A stretch of 64,000 nt of DNA, from assembly GCF_030695035.1 (NCBI RefSeq), contig NZ_JAUYTT010000005.1:131012-195011 (forward strand). The letters are read 5' to 3'. The notes beneath the pieces are model-generated. The model was given only the letters and a program-made list of their open reading frames with translations. It made no database searches and had not been told where the DNA came from. This DNA is from Frigidibacter sp. Its GTDB lineage: Bacteria > Pseudomonadota > Alphaproteobacteria > Rhodobacterales > Rhodobacteraceae. This document shows, piece after piece, positions 50,147 to 59,900 of this stretch (its first letter is position 1; every line of letters begins with the position of its first letter). Both the position numbers and the translations under genes were made by a program.

Positions 50147-51115
50147 ATGTACCCACAATTCACACTCGCGCCTCTCCCTGCGCCCCGGCATCCCGCGATG
50201 CTGGACCCGTGGGACAGCGCCTTGACATGGGGCGCCGGCACGGTTCTGGCCGTGCTGACCGCGACCGAGGGACCGGCCTACCGCAGCGCGGGCGCGGCGA
50301 TGGCCATTCACCCCGATGGCAGGTTCGCGGGGGCGATCACCTCGGGCTGCATCGAGGCGGACCTGATCTTGCGGGCGGCAGAGGTGCGCGAGACCGGGCA
50401 GGTTCAGGACCTGCGCTATGGGCAGGGCTCGCCGTTCTTCGACCTGCGCCTGCCCTGCGGCGGCGCGGCCCAGATCCGGCTCTTCCCGCTGCAGGACACC
50501 GACATTCTGGACGATCTGGCCCAAGCCCGTGCTCGCAGGCGGCCCGCCTCGCTGCTGGTCTCGGCAGAGGGGCGGCTTGCCATTGAGGGCTGGCAGCCAA
50601 CGCGGCTGCAGGGCGCAGCGCTGCGCATCGGCTTCCTGCCGCCCCTGCGCTTCCTTGTCTTCGGGACAGGCGCCGAGGCGGCGGCCTTCACCGGGATCGT
50701 GCGGGGCATGGGCTATGAGCACATCCTGCTCTCGCCCGAGGATCTGAGCCTTGGGGTCGTGCGCGCCGCCGGCAGCCCGGTCATGCAGATCGATCCCGGC
50801 TTGCCCGCCGCGCCCTTGCACGCAGATGCGGATACGGCGGCGATCCTGTTCTTTCATGACCACGACCTTGAGCCGGCCATCTTGCAGCATCTGCTGCAGA
50901 CGCCGGCCTTCTACGTCGGCGCCCAAGGCAGCCGCGCCGCGCAAGCCGTGCGCCTGTCCCGCCTGCGCGAGATGGGCGTTCCCGAGGATCAACTGGGGCG
51001 CATCCACGGGCCGGTCGGACTGATCCCCTCTTCGCGCGAACCGAATGCGCTGGCGGTTTCCGTCCTGGCCGAGATCATCGACCTGCATGTGCAGCGCGCG
51101 ACGGCGACAGCATGA
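50147..51115 (+). CDS. XdhC/PaoD-family molybdenum cofactor insertion chaperone
   Basis: 322 aa with XdhC_CoxI N-domain features (GPAYRSAGAAMAI) and a Rossmann-like C-domain (FLVFGTGAEA). Confidence 0.85.
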   Translation: MYPQFTLAPLPAPRHPAMLDPWDSALTWGAGTVLAVLTATEGPAYRSAGAAMAIHPDGRFAGAITSGCIEADLILRAAEVRETGQVQDLRYGQGSPFFDLRLPCGGAAQIRLFPLQDTDILDDLAQARARRRPASLLVSAEGRLAIEGWQPTRLQGAALRIGFLPPLRFLVFGTGAEAAAFTGIVRGMGYEHILLSPEDLSLGVVRAAGSPVMQIDPGLPAAPLHADADTAAILFFHDHDLEPAILQHLLQTPAFYVGAQGSRAAQAVRLSRLREMGVPEDQLGRIHGPVGLIPSSREPNALAVSVLAEIIDLHVQRATATA

Positions 51116-51202
51116 TCCGAACCGGTTGCACCGCAACGACGATGGTGGCGCGAAAAGCCCGACCCGTGACGGCGGATCGGGCCACACATTTCACGCGCCG
51201 GA

Positions 51203-51445
51203 TCAAAGGAACATGCCACCCGAGGCCTCGATGCGCTGCCCTGTCATCCACCCCATCTCGCCCACCAGCAGGCTGGAGATCGCACCGCCGATATCATTGG
51301 GCAGACCGAGGCGGCTCATACCCGTCTGGCTGGCGATATACTGGTTGAGCCTGACCACGTCGCGCACTACGCCGCCGCCAAAATCGGTTTCGATCGCACC
51401 CGCAGCGACCACGTTGACGGAAATGCCGCGCTCTCGGGCGGGGCC
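51203..51445 (-). pseudogene. C-terminal fragment of an SDR-family oxidoreductase
   Basis: ERGISVNVVAAGAIETDFGGG...GQRIEASGGMFL is the last third or so of an SDR. In-frame stops lie immediately upstream, and no Rossmann N-terminus is present. Confidence 0.55.
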
Positions 51446-51499
51446 GGTCGCTCATTGTCAGCCTCGACCTTCCCGGCCTGTTGCGCATCACCCGTGCCA

Positions 51500-51851
51500 G
51501 CGCGGCCGAGCCCTATGTCGCCCTCGCACTCGAATGCGGGGCAGCGCCGAGGTCTTCGTGCTGTCGCCCATATAGACAGCGAGAATCCGCACCCGGCCGC
51601 TCCCCATATTGGGCGATTGTGCGGCCAGTTCACCGCTTCGACCAGCGTATCCCCCGTGAGTAGAGGCAAAGGCCCTTGATGCCATAGTCAACGGTCAATT
51701 GGCCCTCAAGCACCTGCGCGAGGAACGGCACCTCATACAGGTGCCAGCCGGTCGAGACGTCCTGTTCCAGATGCACGATTGCAGCGGTGACGACGGCTGT
51801 CCCCGAAGGATAGAAGATCGGCTGGACGACCGCGTCTGTCGAGGTTTGCAT
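51500..51851 (-). pseudogene. Cupin-domain gene relic with probable frameshifts
   Basis: MQTSTDAVVQPIFYPSGTAVVTAAIVHLEQDVSTGWHLYEVPFLAQVLEGQLTV is a typical cupin N-terminal half. The expected continuation appears in other frames (GDTLVEAVNWPH; NMGSGRVRILAVYMGD). Boundaries are approximate. Confidence 0.45.
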
Positions 51852-51913
51852 GATGGGTTGGACCGTAGGCCCCAGGCGCCGAGGGCAGAGCTGCGCCCGC
51901 CAGCAGGGTCGCG

Positions 51914-52771
51914 TCACGCAAGCGCGGACAGGCCAAGCAGCACGCCTTCCACATGGGTTCGGGTCCGGCCACCGATCCAGACATCGCCCGCCGTATCCCG
52001 CATCGCATGAACACGACCCTTCCGGCCCAGCCTTGTGCCTTGCGCGGCGATGTAGCCGGCATCCGCCACCCCTGCCGCGAACAGCCATTGCGCGAGCGAC
52101 GCGTTGAGGCTGCCGGTGACCGGGTCTTCCATGATGGATCCGGTATGATCGCTGAAGAAGGCGCGTACCTCGAACGCAGCCTCAAAGCCCGGCGCATGGG
52201 GGCCTATCACCCCGATCTCCATCCGCCGCGGCCAGCTTCGCGCCGGATCAAGGGCCAGAACCGCCTCGGCCGAGACCAGCCGGAGGCCAAGCCATCCCGG
52301 CCCGTTATCGACCCAGGCGGCATCGACGATCTGGCCGCCGTCGATCCCCAAAAACTCCAGCGCCTCGGCAAGCTCGTCGGCCGAGGGCGCACCGGACCGG
52401 ATCAGCGGCGGCGCGGCAAAGGACAGCCGCCCTTGATCGCGCCGGATGCGGACGAGGCCCGCCCCGCATTCCTGCACGATCTCTGCCCCGCCTTTCGGCA
52501 CGCCGCCGCTTTGCAGCCACGCATGACAGGTGCCAAGTGTCGGATGCCCGGCGAAGGGCATCTCGCGATCCAGCGTGAAGATCCTGACGCGATAATCCGC
52601 CTCGGGATGGACCGGGGGCAGCAGGAAGGTCGTCTCCGACAGGTTGAACCAGCGCGTCAGGCGCTGCATCTCCTCTGCCGCAAGATCACCGGCGCCGAGG
52701 ATCACGGCCAGAGGGTTGCCCGAGATCGCGTTCGATCCGAAGACGTCGATCATGTGAACCGAAGCGGTCAT
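51914..52771 (-). CDS. PhzF-family isomerase
   Basis: VFGSNAISGNPLAVIL, FNLSETTFL and FAGHPTLGT motifs. Confidence 0.9.
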   Translation of the reverse strand: MTASVHMIDVFGSNAISGNPLAVILGAGDLAAEEMQRLTRWFNLSETTFLLPPVHPEADYRVRIFTLDREMPFAGHPTLGTCHAWLQSGGVPKGGAEIVQECGAGLVRIRRDQGRLSFAAPPLIRSGAPSADELAEALEFLGIDGGQIVDAAWVDNGPGWLGLRLVSAEAVLALDPARSWPRRMEIGVIGPHAPGFEAAFEVRAFFSDHTGSIMEDPVTGSLNASLAQWLFAAGVADAGYIAAQGTRLGRKGRVHAMRDTAGDVWIGGRTRTHVEGVLLGLSALA

Positions 52772-52778
52772 CGGCCTG

Positions 52779-53408
52779 TCACCTCTCGGACGTAAGCAGT
52801 TTCAGCCCGGCGACGGCGAACAGGGCGCAGAGGCCGCCCTCGATCCAGCGCCGTAGCCGCGCATAAAGGCTGATCATCGGCGCGGTCGAGAACAGCACCG
52901 CATAGCCGCCGAAGACCAGAACCCCCAGCACGGCACAGCCACCGATGATCGCCGGCAGCACCCCGGCGGGGGCATCCGCCCCAAGCCCCAGCGTCATGAT
53001 CGCCATCCATCCCAGCACCGCCTTGGGGTTACCAAGATGCATCAATACGCCCTGACGATAGAGCTTGCGATAGGACGGCGTCAGGCGGGCACTGTCCCGG
53101 CCGCGGGTGCCGGTATCCGGGCGCATCGCCGATCGGCCCGCGCGGAACGCCAGATAGAGGAGATAGATCCCGCCCAGAATCTTGAGGGCGAACAGCGCCT
53201 CGGCATAGGCCGCCAGCAGCGCCGACAGGCCGGTCGCCGCAAGCATCGCCCAGAACAGCGAGCCCGTCATGACCCCGGCCGCCAGCACCAGCGCCGGACC
53301 ACGGCCATCGCGCATCGCTGTGGCCATGATCGCCATGTTGCTTGGCCCCGGGCTGGCAGTTGCGAGCAGATAGGCGCCGTAGACGAGGGCAAGCTGGGTG
53401 AGGATCAT
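52779..53408 (-). CDS. LysE/RhtB-family amino acid exporter
   Basis: ASPGPSNMAIM motif, six TM segments, about 209 aa starting from the ATG at 53408. Confidence 0.85.
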   Translation of the reverse strand: MILTQLALVYGAYLLATASPGPSNMAIMATAMRDGRGPALVLAAGVMTGSLFWAMLAATGLSALLAAYAEALFALKILGGIYLLYLAFRAGRSAMRPDTGTRGRDSARLTPSYRKLYRQGVLMHLGNPKAVLGWMAIMTLGLGADAPAGVLPAIIGGCAVLGVLVFGGYAVLFSTAPMISLYARLRRWIEGGLCALFAVAGLKLLTSER

Positions 53409-53537
53409 GCGAAAGGCTCCTGAAGGGCGACAGGCATTTACATGGCGGAACTCGGCCGCGGCAGGCAATGTGAATATTGTATCGGTGGGGGTCACGCCTG
53501 CCGAAGGGCCCGGCGTTTAGGGTTGGCCTCGCTGGCG

Positions 53538-54269
53538 CTATCCGGCAAACTTGCTTGACGTGATCGCCCGCGTCGGCTCCAGCGACAGGATCGTGGTCAC
53601 GATGCGGTTGCGGAACAGCTCCACATGCTCGCCAGCGCAGCGCTCGGCCGTATCGGCATCACCGTCGGCAATGGCCTGCACGATGGTGCGGTGGTCGCTG
53701 ATGGTCGCCTCCAGATGCTCATGCTGGCGCGCGCGGACCCCGTCATGTTCGGCGAAGGTGACATGGCCGATGCGCATCCCCTCGACCAGACTGCGCAGAT
53801 AGGCGGTGTGCAGGTAGCCCGATTGCGCGGCGGCCCCAATGGTGGCGTGGAAGGCATAGTTGATCTCGTTGATCTGGTCGACATCCCGGCGCGCGGCGGC
53901 GGCTTCGAACGCTGCCATATGGGCGCGGATGCTGGTCAGATCGACAGCCGTCCGGCGCAAGGCGGCCAGCCGGGTCAGCGAGCGTTGCAGCACATCCAGC
54001 CCTTCGAAAAAGTCCCGCAGGTTGGCAAGGTTCATCGCGGCGACCCGCGCGCCGCGGCCGCGGGCAGAGCTGACCAGCCCCTCGGCCGTCAGCCGGATCA
54101 GCGCCTCGCGCACCGGGGTGCGGGACACGTCGTAGCGCACCGAGATCGCCGCCTCGTCCAGATCGGCGCCGGGGGGCAGATCCAGCCGCAAGATCGCCTG
54201 GCGCAGCAGCTTGTAGACCATATCACCGCCCGAGCTTGCCGCCACGATGGTGTCTTCGCTCTTGGTCAT
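53538..54269 (-). CDS. GntR family transcriptional regulator (FadR/FCD subfamily)
   Basis: VSRTPVREALIRLTAEGLV HTH plus a helical FCD-type C-domain. It is divergent from hyuA. Confidence 0.9.
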   Translation of the reverse strand: MTKSEDTIVAASSGGDMVYKLLRQAILRLDLPPGADLDEAAISVRYDVSRTPVREALIRLTAEGLVSSARGRGARVAAMNLANLRDFFEGLDVLQRSLTRLAALRRTAVDLTSIRAHMAAFEAAAARRDVDQINEINYAFHATIGAAAQSGYLHTAYLRSLVEGMRIGHVTFAEHDGVRARQHEHLEATISDHRTIVQAIADGDADTAERCAGEHVELFRNRIVTTILSLEPTRAITSSKFAG

Positions 54270-54431
54270 TGTCTCGGCTCGTTTCCTGAAAGTTCAACTT
54301 TTGGGCAGCGGCGGCAGGCATCCCCGGATCATCGCGGTTTTCTGCGGGTGTTCCAAGAAGATGACTTGACGCAATGCCAGTATACTTTGAGCATACATAT
54401 AACATACAGGTAGAACACGGGTTGCACCAGA

Positions 54432-56486
54432 ATGAAGACAGGCAGCTGGACGGTAGGGGTCGATGTGGGGGGCACATTCACCGACCTTTGCGCCGTGGAT
54501 CAGCAGACGGGGCAGGTGGCGCTGCACAAAGTCTCCAGCACGCCGGCGAATCCGGCCGCCGCGATTATCGCCGGGCTGGAGGGGCTGGCCGCTAAGATCT
54601 GCATTGATCTGGCAGACGTCAGCGCCGTGGCGCATGGCACGACCGTGGCGACCAACGCGCTGATCCAGCGCCGGGGCGCGCGCGTGGCGATGGTCACCAC
54701 CCGCAACTTCCGCGACCTGGTCGAGATCGGGCGGCAGATCCGGCCCAGGATGTATGACCTGAAGGCCGATTTCCCGATGCCGCTTGCCCCGCGCGAGCTG
54801 CGCTTCGAGGTCGATGAACGCGTCGGCCCGGCGGGCGAAGTGATCACGCCGCTGGACATGGCAAGCGTCGATGCAGTGATCGACCGGCTGCGCGCCGAGC
54901 AGGTCGAGGCCGTCGCCATCGCCTTCCTGTTCGCCTATCTGAATCCCGCACATGAGCAGGCGGTGAAGGCCCGCATCGCGGCGGCGCTGCCGGGCGTTGC
55001 CATCTCGACCTCGTCCGAGGTGCAGCCGGAGTTCCGGGAATATGAGCGATCCTCGACCACGCTGCTGAACGCCTACCTGCAGCCCACCTTCTCGACTTAC
55101 ATGACCACCTTGAAGGATGAGGTGGCAGCGCGCTCGCCCGGCGCGACTCTTGGGGTCAATCAATCCAACGGCGGGTTGATGTCGGTCGATACCGCCCGCG
55201 ACTTCCCGATCCGCACGGCGCTGTCCGGCCCGGCGGCGGGCGCGATGGGGGCGATCCACACCGCGCGCGCCTCGGGCCTGTCGAGCATCATCACCTTCGA
55301 TGTCGGCGGGACCAGCGCCGATGTGGCCCTGATCCGCGACCTGCAGGTGAAGCTGTCCTTCGACCGCGATGTGGCCGGCTTCCCGGTGCGGATGCCGATG
55401 GTGGATATCAACACGGTCGGCGCGGGGGGCGGCTCCATCGCCTGGCAGGACAGGGACGGGCTGCTGAAGGTCGGCCCAGCCAGTGCCGGCGCGCAGCCGG
55501 GGCCCGCCTGCTATGGCCGCGGCGGCACGGAGCCGACGGTGACCGACGCGAATGTGGTTCTGGGCCGACTGTCCACGCGCGGGTTGCTGGGGGGTACCAT
55601 GTCGCTGGACACCGATGCATCCTTCCGCGTGGTGGGCGAGATGGCGGCGCAGCTCGGGCTGAGCGTGGAGCAGGTGGCGCGCGGGATCCTCGAGATCATG
55701 TCGGCCAACATGGTGCGCGCGATCCGCGCCATTTCGGTGGAGCGGGGGCATGACCCGCGTGACTTCGTGCTGATGCCGTTTGGCGGGGCAGGGCCGCTGC
55801 ATGCCGAGGGATGCGCCCGCGCGCTTGGCATCGGCCAGATCCTGATCCCGCTGCTGCCGGGCATCCTGTGCGCGCAGGGCCTGCTGGTGTCGGACCGGTC
55901 CGAAAGCTTCGTGCGCTCCAAGCGCATCGCGGCGCGGGAGGAGAATGCCGGCGCGCTGGCAGAGATGGTCAGTGCGATGCAGGTCGAGGCAGAGGACTGG
56001 TGGGCGCGCGAAGACATCGACCCCGCAGACCGCAAGGTGCAGCTGGCCGCCGACATGCGCTATGCCAGCCAGAATTACGAGCTGCAGATCACGCTCGACG
56101 CGCTGCCGGATATCGCCACGCTAAAGCAGATGTTCTTCGCGGCCCATGCGCAGGCCTACGGTTTCTTCAACCCCGACGATCCGGTGGATGTGGTGGCGCT
56201 GCGGCTGACCGCGCTTGGTACCCGCCCGGCGCTGCAGACCCCGGCGCAATCGGGCACGGCGACAGCGGCGCCCCAACCCCGCTCGCATCGCCCCGTGTGG
56301 TTCTATGGCGTCACGCCAATCACCGCGCCCGTCTATGACCGCGCCGACTTCGCGGCGGGCACCACCCTCACCGGGCCCGCCGTCATCGACCAGTTCGACG
56401 CGACGCTGCTGCTGTTCCCCGGCGATACGGCGCGGGTGGACGATGCCCTTAACATCCTCATCCAGCGCGGGAACCTTGACCTGTGA
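54432..56486 (+). CDS. Hydantoinase/oxoprolinase family subunit A (HyuA-like, ATP-dependent)
   Basis: VGVDVGGTFTDL N-terminus and FDVGGTSADV second ATPase motif in a 684 aa protein. Confidence 0.92.
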   Translation: MKTGSWTVGVDVGGTFTDLCAVDQQTGQVALHKVSSTPANPAAAIIAGLEGLAAKICIDLADVSAVAHGTTVATNALIQRRGARVAMVTTRNFRDLVEIGRQIRPRMYDLKADFPMPLAPRELRFEVDERVGPAGEVITPLDMASVDAVIDRLRAEQVEAVAIAFLFAYLNPAHEQAVKARIAAALPGVAISTSSEVQPEFREYERSSTTLLNAYLQPTFSTYMTTLKDEVAARSPGATLGVNQSNGGLMSVDTARDFPIRTALSGPAAGAMGAIHTARASGLSSIITFDVGGTSADVALIRDLQVKLSFDRDVAGFPVRMPMVDINTVGAGGGSIAWQDRDGLLKVGPASAGAQPGPACYGRGGTEPTVTDANVVLGRLSTRGLLGGTMSLDTDASFRVVGEMAAQLGLSVEQVARGILEIMSANMVRAIRAISVERGHDPRDFVLMPFGGAGPLHAEGCARALGIGQILIPLLPGILCAQGLLVSDRSESFVRSKRIAAREENAGALAEMVSAMQVEAEDWWAREDIDPADRKVQLAADMRYASQNYELQITLDALPDIATLKQMFFAAHAQAYGFFNPDDPVDVVALRLTALGTRPALQTPAQSGTATAAPQPRSHRPVWFYGVTPITAPVYDRADFAAGTTLTGPAVIDQFDATLLLFPGDTARVDDALNILIQRGNLDL

Positions 56487-58192
56487 GTGCCACCGTTGAT
56501 CCGATCACCATCGAAATCGTCACCAGCGCCTTCCGGTCTGTCGTGGACGAGACGTTCATCGCGCTGATGAAAAGCGCCTATTCCACCAATATCAAGGAAC
56601 GGCACGACCACTCCACCGCCATCTGCGACCGGGACGGGCGGCTGATCGTGCAGGCGGAAATGTCCCTGCCGATCCACATCGCCTCGATGACCGGGCTGAT
56701 GGAGACGCTGCTTGCCAAGTATCGGCTGGATGAGATTCATGAGGGCGATGTCTTCGTCGCCAATGACCCGCATGTCGCAGGCGGCACCCACCTGCCCGAC
56801 ATCAACTACGCCGCCCCGCTGTTCCTTGAAGGCGAGCTGGTCGGCTTCATCTGCAACATCGCCCACCACGCCGATATCGGCGGTATGGTGCCCGGGTCGA
56901 TGGCGGGCGGCATGTCGGAAATCTATCAGGAAGGGCTGCGGATCCCGCTGGTCCGCCTGTTCCGCAAGGGCGAGCTGCAGCAGGACATCATGGACCTGTT
57001 CCTGTTGAACGCCCGCATCCCCGACGAGCGCCGGGGCGATCACTTCGCGCAGATTGCGGCCTGCAAGCTGGGGGTGCGCCGCGTGGCCGAGATCGGAACG
57101 CGCTATCCGCTGCCGCTGATCCGCGAGGTCTGGGACGAGCTGATCCGCCGCACCCATGACCGGATGCGCGCCGCCATCACCGCGGTTCCCGATGGTGTCT
57201 ATGCGTTCGAGGACGTGATGGATGATGACGGGCTGGGTACCACCAACATCCCGCTGAAGCTGAAGATCACCGTTGCGGGCGACCGCGTGGTGTTCGATCT
57301 GCGCGGCTCTGCCCCGCAGGTGCGCGGCAACATCAACCTGCCGCTGAACGCCACCAAGGCGGCGGTGGCCTATGCGCTGCGCACGCTGCTGGACCCTGAG
57401 ATCGCCAACAACCAGGGCATCATCGATTGCTGCGAGATCGTCGCCGATCCGGGCAGCATCGTGAACTGCCAGGCGCCCGCCCCGGTGGCGCAGCGGCTCA
57501 ACACCTCGCAGCGGCTGGTTGATGTCATCATCGGTGCCTTTGCCCCAGCCATTCCGGGCCGGGTCGTGGGGGCCGCGAATGGCGCGAACACCACCGCCGT
57601 GTTCTCGGGCATCGATCCGCGCAACGGCCAGCCCTACCTCTATTTCGAGACGCTGGGGGGCGGCTTTGGCGGGCGCGATGACCGCGATGGCAAGGACGGG
57701 GTGCAGGTGCATATCACCAACACCTCGAACCTGCCGATCGAGGCGATCGAGACGGAATATCCCCTGCGCGTCGTCAGCTACGGCTTCATCGAGGATTCGG
57801 GCGGGGCGGGCCAGTATCGCGGCGGGGCGGGCCTGCGCCGTGTGATCCAGCCGGTGGGCCATGACTGCACATTCAACGGCGCGGGGGAGCGGTTCACGAA
57901 CGCCCCTTGGGGCATCTTCGGGGCCGGGCCGGGGGGAACCGGCCGCTTCGTGCTGACCGGCCCCGCAGGCGAGACAGTGCTGGAGGTGAAACCCTCGGCG
58001 GTCGCCGTGCCCGAAGGCAGCTCTGTCACCGTTGAAACCCCGGGCTCGGGCGGATACGGGCCCGCCGAGGATCGCAGCGCCGGGGCGGTGGCCGGGGATG
58101 CAAGGTCCGGCAAGTTCTCGGACGGCTTCTTGCGCCGGAACTACCCCGCCCAGATGACTGCCCAGAAGACCCCGCGGACCGAACCCGCGTGA
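56483..58192 (+). CDS. Hydantoinase B/oxoprolinase family subunit B (HyuB-like)
   Basis: DPITIEIV..., NDPHVAGGTHLPD and GGGFGGRD motifs. Its start overlaps hyuA. Confidence 0.92.
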   Translation: MSATVDPITIEIVTSAFRSVVDETFIALMKSAYSTNIKERHDHSTAICDRDGRLIVQAEMSLPIHIASMTGLMETLLAKYRLDEIHEGDVFVANDPHVAGGTHLPDINYAAPLFLEGELVGFICNIAHHADIGGMVPGSMAGGMSEIYQEGLRIPLVRLFRKGELQQDIMDLFLLNARIPDERRGDHFAQIAACKLGVRRVAEIGTRYPLPLIREVWDELIRRTHDRMRAAITAVPDGVYAFEDVMDDDGLGTTNIPLKLKITVAGDRVVFDLRGSAPQVRGNINLPLNATKAAVAYALRTLLDPEIANNQGIIDCCEIVADPGSIVNCQAPAPVAQRLNTSQRLVDVIIGAFAPAIPGRVVGAANGANTTAVFSGIDPRNGQPYLYFETLGGGFGGRDDRDGKDGVQVHITNTSNLPIEAIETEYPLRVVSYGFIEDSGGAGQYRGGAGLRRVIQPVGHDCTFNGAGERFTNAPWGIFGAGPGGTGRFVLTGPAGETVLEVKPSAVAVPEGSSVTVETPGSGGYGPAEDRSAGAVAGDARSGKFSDGFLRRNYPAQMTAQKTPRTEPA

Positions 58193-58291
58193 CCGAACAC
58201 CCATAACGACAGAGGCGCCAAAGCGCCCGAATGCCGAAACCCACCTGCCAAATGGTCCCCGGACCGACGGCACCCAACAGGGAAACGACAC

Positions 58292-59278
58292 ATGACCACA
58301 CTCCGCAGCGCCCTTTTCTCGCTTGGCCTCATCGGCCTTGCAGGCACCGCCTCCGCCCAGTCCGTCACCTGGGATCTGGCGAACGAATACCCGCCGAACT
58401 CCGTCCACGCCCAGTCGGCCGACACCTTCATCGCGGCCCTCGCAGAGCTGAGCGCTGGCGACATGGTGGTGACCGCCCATCACGGCGCCGCCCTTGGCTA
58501 CAAATCCGTGGATCAGTATGACGCTGTGGGCGATGGCGCGGTCGATATCGCCTCGTCCTTCGCCACGCCGTGGTCGGGCGTTCACCCGGTCTTCACGCTG
58601 TCCTCGATTCCGTTTCTGGCGAAGACCGCGGACGAGAACCGCAAGCTCTATGACATCGCCAAACCCTATTACGCCGCGGTGCTGGAAGAGGATAACCAGA
58701 TCCTGCTGTTCGCCACGCCCTGGCCGCCGAGCGGCCTGTGGGGGCGCGAACCTCTGGACTCGATGGAGGCTATCGCCGGCGTGCGCATCCGCACCTATGA
58801 CGCGAACGGCACGGTGACCTTCGGCAATGCCGGCGCCACCCCGATCCAGCTGTCCTGGGCCGATACCGTGCCGCAGCTGACGACCAACGGCCTCGACGCG
58901 GTACTGACCTCGGCCGATGGCGGCGCGGCCTCGCAGCTGTGGGAGCATCAGTCGCATTTCACCGAAGTGAATTATGCGATGCCGCTGCAATTCGTGCATA
59001 TCAACCGCGATGTCTATGATGCGCTGTCGGACGAGCAGAAGGCCTGGGTTGCCGAAGCCTCGGCGACGGCCGAGGCCTTTGGCTGGGACCTGCTGGCGAA
59101 CCGCGTGGGTGAGAATTACGCGCAGATGGAGCAGAACGGCATGACCATCGTGAAGGACGTGTCGCCCGAGTATCTTGCCGCCCTCGGGGCGGCGGCAGAG
59201 CCGACGCTGGTCGACTGGAAGCAGAAGCTTGGCGCCGATGCCGATGCGATCCTGTCTGCCTATGAGGCTGCGAAGTAA
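58292..59278 (+). CDS. TRAP transporter substrate-binding protein (DctP family)
   Basis: Signal peptide LAGTASA on a 328 aa protein, followed by DctQ/DctM genes. Confidence 0.88.
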   Translation: MTTLRSALFSLGLIGLAGTASAQSVTWDLANEYPPNSVHAQSADTFIAALAELSAGDMVVTAHHGAALGYKSVDQYDAVGDGAVDIASSFATPWSGVHPVFTLSSIPFLAKTADENRKLYDIAKPYYAAVLEEDNQILLFATPWPPSGLWGREPLDSMEAIAGVRIRTYDANGTVTFGNAGATPIQLSWADTVPQLTTNGLDAVLTSADGGAASQLWEHQSHFTEVNYAMPLQFVHINRDVYDALSDEQKAWVAEASATAEAFGWDLLANRVGENYAQMEQNGMTIVKDVSPEYLAALGAAAEPTLVDWKQKLGADADAILSAYEAAK

Positions 59279-59354
59279 GCCATCATGGTTTTCGGGCCGG
59301 CTGTCCGCCGGCCCGGACCTGACCGGGAGCGTCCCCTTCATGACCGGAGCGCGA

Positions 59355-59882
59355 ATGAACACCTTCCAGACCGCGGCTTTTGGCCTGTCCCGGTTCTGCG
59401 CCGCCCTTGCGGCGCTGATGATCGTGGCGATGACCCTGCACATCCTGACCGAAATCGTGCTGCGAAGCTTCTTCGCGACATCGACCTTCGTGCTGGATGA
59501 GATGGTCGGCTATTGCATTGCCGCGGCGACCTTCCTGTCGCTTGGCTATGCGTTCGAGCATTCCAGCCTCGTGCGCGTCGGCCTGCTGGTCGACCGGTTG
59601 TCGGGCCGCCCGCGCCGGGCGCTGGAGGCGTTCTGCGCGCTGGCGACGCTGGCGGTGATGGGGCAGATCACCTGGTATCTGATCAATACCGCCCTGCGCA
59701 GTCATTCGCGCGGCCGTGTCAGCAGTTCGGTGGCCGAGATCCCGCTGTGGATCCCCGAGGCGCTGTGCGCCTTCGGCCTCGCCACGTTCTGCCTGCAGGT
59801 CATCGCCTACCTTCTGCGCCAGATCACTGGCGCGCCGGGCCCGGTGCAGGTGCCAGACGGCGACCTGCAGAACGACCTCTGA
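59355..59882 (+). CDS. TRAP transporter small permease (DctQ family)
   Basis: Four TM segments. I chose the ATG at 59355 (MNTFQTAAFGLSRF). Confidence 0.8.
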   Translation: MNTFQTAAFGLSRFCAALAALMIVAMTLHILTEIVLRSFFATSTFVLDEMVGYCIAAATFLSLGYAFEHSSLVRVGLLVDRLSGRPRRALEAFCALATLAVMGQITWYLINTALRSHSRGRVSSSVAEIPLWIPEALCAFGLATFCLQVIAYLLRQITGAPGPVQVPDGDLQNDL

Positions 59883-59900
59883 CCCTTTACGGAGACGCCG

